From: Macrostomum lignano
Taxonomy: Eukaryota
Reading direction: 5' to 3'
Length of the DNA stretch: 38,265 nucleotides
Assembly: GCA_002269645.1 (NCBI GenBank)
Contig: NIVC01001043.1
Coordinates: 1-38,265 of the forward strand
A program made the position numbers and the translations under genes. The notes beneath the pieces were generated by a model. The model made no database searches, was not told the DNA's origin, and saw only the letters and a program-made list of their open reading frames with translations. Position 1 is the stretch's first letter; each line of letters starts with the position of its first letter. Below are positions 23,518 to 35,200 of the stretch, in pieces.

Positions 23518-26500
23518 ATGCCTCGCGACTTTCTCAGCTACGACTGCTGGAACATCTGCCCCTGCGGCCGGCCCGTGTGCGGTCCCGGCGGCGGCCCCTT
23601 CAAGAGGCAGAACTGTCGAACTTCCAAGCAGATTCTGCGACAGAGTCGAACCAAGGGACTGCTGCAGTTTTGCTATCTGCCGCCAGATGTGCCCGATGGG
23701 GCGGAGTCTGGATGGCGACCGGTGCGTCTGGGCGACAGTCGGTACCTGTTTGGGAGGCATTTTGAGTGAGTGCTGGGTTTGATTCTCCCATTTGAATTCT
23801 AATACAGCATGTTCTCATTCTTAGCTTATTTTCTTCCCCTCCCACTTTCTATCTCCCAACTCCAATTCCCCATCTTCCCATTCCCCATCCCCCGTTCCCC
23901 TTCCCCATTCGCATTCCCCATCCCCCATTCCCCTTCCCCAATCCCCATCCCCATTCCCCATCCCCCATTTTCCTTCTCCCAATCCCCATCCCCCAATCCC
24001 CAGGCTCCATTTCTCATCCCCCAATCCCCATCCCCTATTCCCCATCCCCCATTCCCCACCCCCATCATTCGCATTCCCCATCCCCTATTCCCCATCCCCC
24101 ATCATTCGCATTCCCTCTCCGATTCCCTATCTTCCCATTCCCCATCCCCCATTTCTCACAAGTTACATCACCTCCCAAACGCGTCCCCATCAACATCGGG
24201 CACAGCGTGGACACATCGGTGCGGTACTCGCTGAGCAAGCAGAACCGCTGGGAGCTCATGGAGGGCTTCTTCATCAAATACGCCGAGTCGGAGGAGATGC
24301 TGGAAGGCCTGCAGATATTCATGATCGAGGAGAACTTCTCAATCCAAGGCAACCGTCTGCTGGCACCTGGGGTCAGCCAGTGCGACAGCAGCCTGGGCTG
24401 GATGCCTGCGGTGCAGTCCCTGCTCAGCCGGTACCGGCGCAGCCTCAAGAGGCTTCGGGCTGATAAAATCCGCCCTGTGGCTAGCGGGACTTCGCGTTCG
24501 CAGAGACGGAGAGCAGTTCGAGTTACGGCCAGGCAAAGGCAGGTGCAGAGGCAGGTGGCTGAACTGACCAGGGCGACTGTGGATGGCGTGAGAGAGGAGA
24601 TCCTCGATCTTGGTTAGTGCGTTTTTGAGTCTTTATTTCTAGCTTATTCAAGGCTTATTATATACTTTAAAAATATCAGATCTGAAAATATGAGGTAAGA
24701 TTAGATGAAACAGTAGTAGATTAGATGAAAAGATGTAGATATGAGATTAGATGAAAAGATGTAGATATAGTAAGATTAGATGAAAAGATGTAGATATAGT
24801 GAGATTAGATGAAAAGATGTAGATATAGTAAGATTAGATGAAAAGATGTAGATATAGTAAGATTAGATGAAAAGATGTAGATATAGTAAGATTAGATGAA
24901 AAGATGTAGATATAGTAAGATTAGATGAAAAGATGTAGATATAGTAAGATTAGATGAAAAGATGTAGATATGGTGAGATTAGATGAAAAGATGTAGATAT
25001 AGTAAGATTAGATGAAAAGATGTAGATATAGTGAGATTAGATGAAAAGGTAGATATGGTGAGATTAGATGAAAAGATGTAGATATGGTGAGATTAGATGA
25101 AAAGATGTAGATATGGTGAGATTAGATGAAAAGGTAGATATGGTGAGATTAGATGAGAACAGTAGATATGGTGAGATTAGATGAGAACAGGTATATATGG
25201 TGAGATTAGATGAAAAGATGTAGATATGGTGAGATTAGATGATAACAGGTAGATATGGTGAATTATGATAAAGGTAGATATGGTGAGATTATGAGAACAG
25301 GTAGATATGGTGAGATTATGATAACAGTAGATATGGTGAGATTAAATGATAACAGGTAGATATGGTGAGATTAGATAAGAACAGGTAGATATGGTGAGAT
25401 TAGATAAGAACAGGTAGATATGGTGAGATTAGATAAGAACAGGTAGATATGGTGAGATTAGATAAGAACAGGTAGATATGGTGAGATTAGATAAGAACAG
25501 GTAGATACGGTGGATTAAATATAACAGGTAGATATGGTGAGATTAGATAAGAACAGGTAGATATGGTGTGATTAGATGAGAACAGGTAGATATGGTGAGA
25601 TTAGATGAGAACAGGTAGATATGGTGTGATTAGATGAGAACAGGTAGATATGCTGAGATTAGATGAGAACAGGTAGAAATGGTGAGATTAGATGAGAACA
25701 GGTAGATATGCTGAGATTAGATGAGAACAGGTACATGTAGATAAGATTTGATTGCTGCGGCCGACTGACGCGGGTTGTCATGGCAACTCAATGGGAATCA
25801 AATTACGTCAACCTGCCCATGCTTCAGACGCCAGCTGCGAAGTCCGTCTGCCAGTCCGCTTCCAACCCGAGCGCAGCCGACTGCTCAATCTGTACGAGCT
25901 GCTCGGGGTGGCCCCATCGGCAGTTGAGAGCCTCAGCGCCGGCCAGCAGCTCCCTGAGCCCGTGTCGCTGCCGCTGTCCGCGCTGGCGTCGGCACCCAAA
26001 CTGGTGTTGCACAGCCTGATGCCCCCGCATGAGCTCATCATTGACGACCGCTGGCACCGACCGCTGACCCGCACCTTTGCCAGGTACAGCCTCAGTTTTT
26101 TTTCAGCATGTTTCTCTTTTAGAAATTTGAAAGCAGATAAAAGATTGATGAATTTTTTTACTCTCTATGTTTATAGAACTGTAAAGTAACTATTAAACTC
26201 ACTTTGCGGTATTTTATCTGAAACTATTGTCCAGAATATTCGAAAACAGAAGCTTCGCAACCAGCATAACACCCTTCAACCCTAACCCTACAACCCTAAC
26301 CCTTCAATTCTACCCTTTTAACCCTGCAACCCTACCATTTAAACCCTTCAACCCTACCATTTAAACCCTTCAACCCTACCATTTAAACCCTTCAACCCTA
26401 CTCTTTAGGCCCTTCAACCCTACCCTTTAGACCCTTCAACCCCACCCTTTAAACCCTTCAACATTTGCCTTTCAACCCAAATCCCTCAACCCTTCAACCC

Positions 26501-29500
26501 TAACCCTTCAACCCTTCATCCCTTCAACCTTGACCTTTCAACCCTAATCTCTCAACCCTTCTAACCTAACATTTTGATCATAAAACACAAAACCCTATCC
26601 TTCAACCCTAAACCGAACTATTTAGCCTTATTCGTTAACATCGTTCTGACCCTTTAAACATTTTCTTTCGTCAATGACACACTTGCTGGTTTTCTGTAAT
26701 TATATTTTTTATCATTTTTTTCTTTGGTCAATCCATTTGATATTCTTTGTTAAAACCCGCATCAAACTACTTGTTAACCTCGTATTTGCAGTAGTATACA
26801 AGCATTAGCTATCCGTATGCAACATGGACAACTCATTATTGCGAGCATTCTGTGCCCAACTGTTCTCTTGCAGAGCTCGGGCTGCTGCTTCGCCTGCTGC
26901 TGCTTCTGTTGATGCAGACGCTGCAGATTCTGCAGCTTCTTGTGCCAACAGAAGCAGTCTAGGTCGCCAAAAGCAAAAGCGCCATCGTCGCAAGCGGATG
27001 CGGCGGGTGGCGAGACGGGAAGCGGAAGACGAACTGGCCGACTGGCTGGAGGACAACTGGCAGCGGCGGCTGGATCTGAGCACTGCTCAAGATGCTGGAG
27101 GCTTGCGGTGAGTTGGCTGAGCTGTACTGATGGAGAATGATGCTGAGCTGGACTGATGGGGAATGGTGCTGGGCTGGACTGATAGGGAATGATGCTGAAC
27201 TGGACTGATGGGGAATGATGCTGAGCTGGACTGATGGAGAATGATGCTATGCTGGATTGATTAAGAATGATCAATGCTGAGCTGGACTGATGGGGAATGG
27301 TGCTGGGCTGGACTGATAGGGAATGATGCTGAACTGGACTGATGGGGAATGATGCTGAGCTGGACTGATGGAGAATGATGCTATGCTGGATTGATTGAGA
27401 ATGATGCTGAGCTGGACTGATGGGGAACGATGCTGAGCTGGATTGATTGAGAATGATGCTATGCTGGATTGATTGAGAATGATGCTGAGCTGGACTGATG
27501 GGGAATGGTGCTGGGCTGGACTGATAGGGAATGATGCTGAACTGGACTGATGGGGAATGATGCTGAGCTGGACTGATGGAGAATGATGCTATGCTGGATT
27601 GATTAAGAATGATGCTGAGCTGGACTGATGGGGAACGATGCTGAGCTGGATTGATGGAGAATGATGCTATGCTGGATTGATTGAGAATGATGCTGAGCTG
27701 GACTGATGGGGAACGATGCTGAGCTGGACTGATGGAGAATGATGCTATGCTGGATTGATTAAGAATGATGCTGAACTGGACTGATGGGGAATGATGCTGA
27801 GCTGGACTGATGGAGAATGATGCTATGCTGGATTGATTGAGAATGATGCTGAGCTGGACTGATGGGGAACGATGCTGAGCTGGATTGATTGAGAATGATG
27901 CTGAGCTAAGTCTCAAACCCGATTAACTCCGAAGCTACTTGCAATGAGTAGTATAAAAGTACATTTAGAAAATTGGGCAGTTTTGAATTTATCCCTGGCA
28001 TTCTCAGGCTCAGCCGACGCGCCTCATCAACCCTGGCGGAGGCTGCCGGCATTTCCGAGCTGCTCGCCAAATTCGCCTCCGACGAGCTGGGATTCGCTGA
28101 ATTCTCGCCCAGCGAAGGCGAGCCGCCCACGCAGCGGTCGAGCCGAGCCGATGGCAGCTTTGAGCAGCCTCAGCTCAAAGAGGATAATGAAGAGGATCGA
28201 GAGGATGACTTCAGACCGGTGCTGACTGTGCAGAGGGAGCTGCTGAATCGATTGCTGGAGGCTGGCGCTGGCGGTGGCGGCAGGCGCAGTGACAGCTGGC
28301 CGACCAAGATCTGGCTGCGTCCTTGGCCGTCGTCAATGGCAACGAGCTGGCGGTGGCCCGGCCCCACCCTGCTGATGGAGGAGCTGCCAGCAGCTGGTGG
28401 CAAGCTGCCGTCTGCGTCCAGGGCTGTCCGGTTTGGCTCGACCCGAGTTCGCCTGCACCTGCTGGGCTGCGGCTCTCCGGCTGATCGGCGACACGTCCTG
28501 ACCCGCCTGCTGGCCTGTCAGGACCCGTTCGGGTGAGTTGTGACTGGATCCCTGCTGGTGTGGGTAGATCTCCCCACCGTGACTAGATCTGGACTGTTAG
28601 ATCTCCAGGCCCTGACTGGATCTCTCCACCCAGACTAGATCTCCTCACCGTGACTAGATCTCCCAACCGTGACTAGATCTCCCAACCGTGACTAGATCTC
28701 CCCACCGTGACTAGATCTCACCGTGATTAGATTTCCCACCGTGACTAGATCTCCCAACCGTGACTAGATCTCCCCACCGTGACTAGATCTCACCGTGATT
28801 AGATTTCCCACCGTGACTAGATCTCCCCACCGAGACTAGATCTCCCCACCGAGACTAGATCTCCCCACCGTGACTAGATCTCCCCACCGAGACTAGATCT
28901 CTCCACCGTGACTAGATCTCTCCACCGTGACTAGATCTCACCGTGATTAGATTTCCCACCGAGACTCGATCTCCTCGCTGTGATTTGATTTCCCACCGTG
29001 ACTAGATCTCCCCACCGAGACTAGATCTCCCCACCAGATTTCCCACCGTGACTAGATCTCCCCACCGTGACTAGATCTCCCCACCGAGACTAGATCTCCC
29101 CACCGTGACTAGATCTCCCCACCGTGACTAGATCTCCCCACCGTGACAAGATCTCCCCACCGTGACTAGATCTCCCCACCGTGACAAGATCTCCCCACCG
29201 TGACTAGATCTCCCCACCGTGACTAGATCTCCCCACCGTGACAAGATCCCGCTTTCGCCGCCACTCCTCAGCTCCCTCCCAGCGCTGCTGGCCCGGCTGT
29301 CCACACCCGGCCAAGACCAGCCAATTGTTGATGACGAAAGCATCGATTCGACAGTCAGCGAATCTGACCTGTCGTCCGGAGTTCGAATCTCCGCCTTGAC
29401 ATGCCCTCCGCTGTACAGCTGGCTGTACTCCAGTGCGCCTGTCCCAGCCAGTGACGTCATTAGCATTGAGTCGGCCGGCGGGCGGACATCTCGGACGCCC

Positions 29501-29848
29501 CGACGCCTGCCGCCGCTGCTAGCCGGTCAGCGGCGAGATGTCGAAGAGTTCCGGCGCTCCCAGACGTCGGCCGCCTGCGGCAGCTGCGGGGTGCGGTCGC
29601 CCAGGCCGTGGCTCAGCGACCCCGCCGACTGGGTGACGGCGCTGACCGCCTGCCGGCACTGGCACTGCGCCGCCTGCTGGACTCGTCACGTGACCCGCTG
29701 CGTGTCCGAGGCCCGCTCCGGCGCCGTGGCCTGTCCGAGTCCTGGCTGCGGCCACCCTGCCGACCCGGCCACTGTGCTGTGGTTCGCCCCGCCTGGCCTC
29801 TACTACCGCTGCCTGCGGCACGCCGCCTGGCAACCCCTGCTGCCGTGA
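23518..29848 (+). CDS. Uncharacterised 748-aa protein with a C-terminal RBR-type RING1 (C3HC4) finger; exons 23518-23765, 24206-24612, 25828-26083, 26874-27107, 28008-28532, 29272-29848
   Basis: Five GT-AG introns with matching phases (2,1,2,2,2); 2247 nt total. Zinc ligands CGSC-x21-CRHWHCAAC-x18-CPSPGC. Cys-rich N-terminus (YDCWNICPCGRPVC). Confidence 0.82.
23835..24160. repeat. C-rich low-complexity repeat (ATTCCCC/ATCCCC)
   Basis: RING intron 1; dense G4-G5 runs on the minus strand. Confidence 0.88.
24695..25742. repeat. 29-bp minisatellite (GATTAGATGAGAACAGGTAGATATGGTGA and variant GATTAGATGAAAAGATGTAGATATAGTAA)
   Basis: RING intron 2; two subfamilies arranged along the array. Confidence 0.95.
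25774..25787. promoter_or_regulatory. RFX X-box (GTTGTCATGGCAAC), intronic
   Basis: Exact reverse complement of the 22307-22320 motif. Confidence 0.45.
26262..26620. repeat. Degenerate telomere-like repeat (CCCTAA / CCCTTCAA)
   Basis: Several ACCCTAA units among AACCCTTC units; RING intron 3. Confidence 0.7.
27112..27905. repeat. 26-bp minisatellite (GATGCTGAGCTGGACTGATGGGGAAT)
   Basis: RING intron 4; source of ORF 26774-27916. Confidence 0.93.
28545..29247. repeat. 19-bp minisatellite (GTGACTAGATCTCCCCACC)
   Basis: RING intron 5. Confidence 0.93.
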
Positions 29849-29869
29849 AGACCGTCTGGGGACAGGCGG

Positions 29870-30745
29870 GGAAACAGTGGACAGACAGGTAGATAGACAG
29901 GTGGATAGACAGGTGGATAGACAGGTGAATAGACAGGTGGGAGAACAGTTTGGCAGACACAGGTTGAAGTACAGGTGAACAGACATATAGATAGACAGGG
30001 TGGATAGACACGTAGATAGACAGGTAGATAGACAGTTGGATAGACAGGTAGATAGACAGTTGGATAGACAGGTAGATAGACAGTTGGATAGACAGGTAGA
30101 TAGACAGTTGGATAGACAGGTAGATAGACAGTTGGATAGACAGGTAGATAGACAGTTGGATAGACAGGTAGATAGACAGTTGGATAGACAGGTAGATAGA
30201 CAGTTGGATAGACAGGTAGATAGACAGTTGGATAGACAGGTAGATAGACAGTTGGATAGACAGGTAGATAGACAGTTGGATAGACAGGTAGATAGACAGT
30301 TGGATAAACAGATAGATAGACAGTTGGATAGACAGGTAGATAGACAGTTGGATAGACAGGTAGATAGACAGTTGGATAGACAGGTAGATAGACAGTTGGA
30401 TAGACAGGTAGATAGACAGTTGGATAGACAGGTAGATAGACAGTTGGATAGACAGGTAGATAGACAGTTGGATAGACAGGTGAACAGACAGGTGGACAGA
30501 CAGGTAGATAAGCAGGTGGACAGACAGAAAGACAGGTGGATAGACAGGTGGATAAACAGGTGAACAGACAGGAGGACAGACAGGTGGACAGACAGGTAGA
30601 TATACAGGTTGAAGGACAGGTGGACAGACAGATAGACAGGTGGATAGACAGGTGAACAGACAGGTGCCCAGACATACAGGTGGACAGACAACCGGGCAGA
30701 TAGTTACAGACAGTCAGCTAGATAGACAGACAGGTGGAAGGACAT
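29870..30745. repeat. 24-bp GACA-family minisatellite (GATAGACAGTTGGATAGACAGGTA) with GACAGGTGGACA flanks
   Basis: Starts about 20 bp after the RING stop codon. Confidence 0.93.
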
Positions 30746-31324
30746 GTTAATGCCGAAAATGCACCATGAAGCAAGTGGCTGATCCAGTTTCGAGACGTGC
30801 TTGTCCATCGTATAAAATTACCTCAATCAATGTTGCAGAAGGCTTATTTTTATTCAACAGTTCAGGTTGTACTTCAAGCATGCATAGATGAGTAGTGCGA
30901 CAGACATTCTCACGACACAGAGTCCCCATGTTTATCCTTTATTCCTGCAAATGTATTTTTATTAAAATTTTGTCCTTCACGTGTCACCGCCACAGTCACC
31001 GGCCTGTGCGCGTCACTCTCGCTGGCTCTTTCTGGCGTTATATTGAGCTGTGACTTTTCTTAGTTAACCTTATCTGTTGTGATTTCACTTGATTTATTGC
31101 TTTATTTTGGATGTCTATTCTGTGGATATTTCGATATGCGTTACTGCCTTTTATCTAGATCAATTTATGCATACCAGAAACCAGTCAAATAAATATATGA
31201 ATCACTTAGCCAAGTTAAGTTGTTTTGTTAAAGTAAATTGTTACTTTGTTTAGTTTCTGTACTTTTCTGGTGGAGCTGAATGCTTCAGAGTGATCATTTT
31301 TATTGATGTTAGGTAGTTTAGATA

Positions 31325-32090
31325 TAAGGAGCTCATTTTTCAACCTGAGGCTTCAGGTAGGGTAAATATGAGGTGCTCAAATTGTTTAGCCTGAATCTTC
31401 AGGTAGGGTAAATATGAGGTGCTCAAATTGTTTAGCCTGAATCTTCAGGTAGGGTAAATATGAGGTGCTCAAATTGTTTAGCCTGAATCTTCAGGTAGGG
31501 TAAATATGAGGTGCTCAAATTGTTTAGCCTGAATCTTCAGGTAGGGTAAATATGAGGTGCTCAAATTGTTTAGCCTGAAGCTTCAGGTAGGGTAAATATG
31601 AGGAGCTCAAATTGTTTAGCCTGAATCTTCAGGTTGGGTAAATATGAGGAACTCATTGTTCAACCTGAATCTTCAGGTAGGGTAAATATGAGGAACTCAT
31701 TGTTCAACCTGAATCTTCAGGTAGGGTAAATATGAGGAGCTCATTGTTCAACCTGAAGCTTCAGGTAGGGTAAATATGAGGAACTCATTGTTCAACCTGA
31801 GGCTTCAGGTTGGGTAAATATGAGGAGCTCATTGTTCAACCTGAGGCTTCAGGTTGGGTAAATATGAGGAGCTCATTGTTCAACCTGAGGCTTCAGGTTG
31901 GGTAAATATGAGGAGCTCATTGTTCAACCTGAGGCTTCAGGTTGGGTAAATATGAGGTGCTTAAATTGTTTAGCCTGAATCTTCAGGTAGGGTAAATATG
32001 AGGTGCTCAAATTGTTTAGCCTGAAGCTTCAGGTAGGGTAAATATGAGGAGCTCAAATTGTTTAGCCTGAAGCATCAGGTAGGGTAAATG
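31325..32090. repeat. 44-46-bp minisatellite (TTCAGGTAGGGTAAATATGAGGTGCTCAAATTGTTTAGCCTGAA)
   Basis: Two subfamilies; unit junctions form a CCTGAA-nn-TTCAGG inverted repeat; ends about 200 bp before the ASL ATG. Confidence 0.93.
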
Positions 32091-32290
32091 TAAATAACTC
32101 AGTTTAACATGAGCTTCAAGCTTTATGTATGGTTAGTGGTATATAGAATCAGTTTTATGAAATGATAGTGACTGTAAATCCTGAGTTCGAAGTCCGGGTA
32201 AATATGTCGAATGGTATTTTCAATTATCTCCTTCATGATTTGGCTACCTGTCCGTAACAGTTAATAAACCAATCAAATAACTTGAAAAGC

Positions 32291-35200
32291 ATGTCGGAAA
32301 GCAAACCTGCAACTGGTGAAAGTAAGGTGAGGCTTCAGCAATCAGAGCATTCACCGTAAGCGATCCAAGTTAAGCAGACTTGGTGGTGGTTAGTACGCAT
32401 CTAGGATGGGCCCACCTGCACTCTGCGCGGTCACATTCATTTTGGGGGTTGTGCGACTCAGCCCAAAGCACCGAGACTGTACATGCCTGACGGTTGGAAA
32501 GTTAAGGGCCTCTGTACATCCTGTGTGAGCGTGTGTGAGTGCCTGCGTACAGTATTGGCGCCTTTTGTGGACGATGCGCTAGGCCAAGATGCTCACAGCC
32601 CCATGAAAAAGGGATCCAGGCCAAGATGCTCACAGCCCCATGAAAAAGGGATCCAGGCCAAGATGCTCACAGCCCCATGAAAAAGGGATCCAGGCCAAGA
32701 TGCTCACAGCCCCATGAAAAAGGGATCCAGGCCAAGATGCTCACAGCCCCATGAAAAAGGGATCCAGGCCAAGATGCTCACAATGACTATAAATGACTAT
32801 AAACGACTTTAAAACGACGTGATGTCACGATACAAGACGCCAAAAAGTCGTCAAAGAGTTGCTCAAGAATCGCTTTATAGCCTGCGACTCTGAAACGACT
32901 CTGGGGCCGTAAAGTCGTCTCTACGCCAGAGTCGCTGTAGAGTCACTGAGTTGCGTTTGAAGCGCATTGCGTCGCTTGATGAATTAGAATAGCATCTCTA
33001 GCGAAAGTTAAGCGCTAACACAAAGATTCTTGGACGGCTCTTATATGATTCTACAAGTCTTGTGACGCAACAGTCGCCTAACAGTCGTTAAAAGTCACAA
33101 GAGTTGCCTCGAAGTCGCTAGAGTCACTAGAGAGTTTTTTCAATGACTCTAGCTATTCTTGTCACGGTAAAGTTTTTGACAACAATAATTACGGCTCGTA
33201 CCATCCCGAACCCTCAAGGGGGGCCGTAGCCCAGCGGTCTAGCGCAGGCTCTGGTGTGCCAGCGACCCAGGCTCGATTCCAAGTGCAGTCACATTAATTT
33301 AGGGCGGAATTGGAATCTCGGCTTGGCTCTGCTCGTGCAATTAACGGCCTTGAGAGCCAACCCCCCAAGGCACAGTGAAGTGTACATGCCTAACGATAAT
33401 ATAAAGTTAGGGCCGCTGTACACTCCTGTGTGAGTGTGTGCCTGCGTACGTATCCGCGCGCTTGTATGCCTGTTCAGGGGAGTCGGCGGAATGGGCAGTA
33501 ATGCCTCTCGCCGGTTGTGTGCTATGTCGCTTAAAGTGCGCCAGGGTGCACACAACCCCCCTGCCTCTAAAAAAAAAAATCCCGAACCCTCGCAGGTGTC
33601 CGAGTCCAAGCTGTGGGGCGGCCGGTTCACAGGCGGCCTGGACCCGCTCATGCAGGCGTTCAACGATTCCCTGTCCTTCGACAAGCGGATGTGGCGCCAG
33701 GACCTGCGAGGAAGCCGCGCCTACGCCACGGCGCTGGTTGGCGCGGGCCTCCTGACCGAGGCGGAGGCCTCTGAGCTGCACCGCGGCCTAGACCTGGTGG
33801 CCGCTGAATGGCAGTCCGGCAGCTTCGTTCCGGCGCCGTCTGACGAGGACATCCACACCGCCAATGAGCGCCGCCTCAAGGAGCTGGTGGGCGCCCCGGC
33901 CGCCAAGCTGCACACCGGGCGGAGCAGGAATGACCAGGTGGGGCTGGGGAGAGGGGTGCGGCACCTCAGCCTGAGCTGGCGCTCTTGATGTGCAGGTAGC
34001 TTGGGGACTGACCCCTCATTATCCATATAGCTTGGGGACTGACCCCTCATTACCCATGTAGCTTGGGGACTGACCCCTCATTACCCATGTAGCTTGGGGA
34101 CTGACCCCTCATTATTCATGTAGCTTAGGGGGACTGACTCCTCATTATCCAGGTAGCTTGGGGACTGACCCCTCATTATCCAGGTAGCTTAGGGGGGACT
34201 GACCCCTCATTATCCAGGTAGCTTAGGTGGGACTGACCCCTCATTATCCATATAGCTTAGGGGGGACTGACCCCTCATGTCACAACCAGTCTCACCCAAA
34301 AACCTCCGAGCTCAGGTAGCCACGGATATCCGCCTGTGGCTCATGGACTACTTATCGGACGAGCTGCTGCCCCAGCTGCGCCGCCTCATCAACACCCTGG
34401 TGAGCCGGGCGGAGTCGGAGACCGGCGTGCTCATGCCGGGCTACACCCACCTGCAGCGGGCCCAGCCGGTGCGCTGGTCCCATTGGCTGCTCAGCTACGC
34501 CTCCATGCTGCGCAGGGACTGCCAGAGACTGGCCGACTGCCGGCCCGCACCGCCGTGTGCCCGCTGGGCAGCGGCGCCCTGGCCGGCAACCCCTTCGGGG
34601 TGGACAGGCAGGCGTTGGCCGGTAGGGCGAGGGATGGGGTATTGGGTGTGGGGAATCGTGGTGTTGGGAATTGGGTGTTGGGAATTGGGTGTGGGGAATC
34701 GGGGTGTGGGGAATTGGGTGTTGGGAATTGAGTGTTGGGAATTCGGGTGTGGGGTATTGGGGTGTGGGGTATTGGGGTGTGGAGAATTGGGGTGTGGAGA
34801 ATTGGGGTGTGGAGAATTGGGTGTGGAGAATTGGGTTGTGGAGAATTGGGTGTGGAGAATTGGGGTGTGGAGAATTGGGGTGTGGAGAATTGGGATGTGG
34901 AGAATTGGGGTGTGGAGAATTGAGATGTGGAGAATTGGGGTGTGGAGAATTGGGATGTGGAGAATTGGATGTTGGGAATTGGGGTGTGGAGAATTGGGGT
35001 GTGGGGTATTGGGGTGTGGAGAATTGGGGTGTGGGGAGTTGGGGTGTGGGGAATTCGGTGTGGGGAGTTGGGGTGTGGAGAATTGGTGTGTGGGGTATTG
35101 GAGTGTGGGGTATTTGGGTGTTAGGAATTGGGGTGTGGGGTATTGGGTGTTAGGAATTTGGGTGTGGGGAATAAGGTTGTGAGGAATAGGGGTGTGGAGT

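Noticed and set aside
16257-29691. Long antisense and alternative-frame ORFs overlapping the GC-rich exons
   Set aside because: Expected shadow ORFs of high-GC codon usage; no independent splice structure or motifs.
10141-32782. Regular arrays as possible CRISPR loci
   Set aside because: Units are head-to-tail with no unique spacers, there are no cas genes, and the context is eukaryotic.
33220-33292. tRNA gene
   Set aside because: A and B boxes are present, but there is no convincing acceptor-stem pairing or anticodon arm. The sequence continues into a body with poly(A) and TSD, so it is a SINE head.
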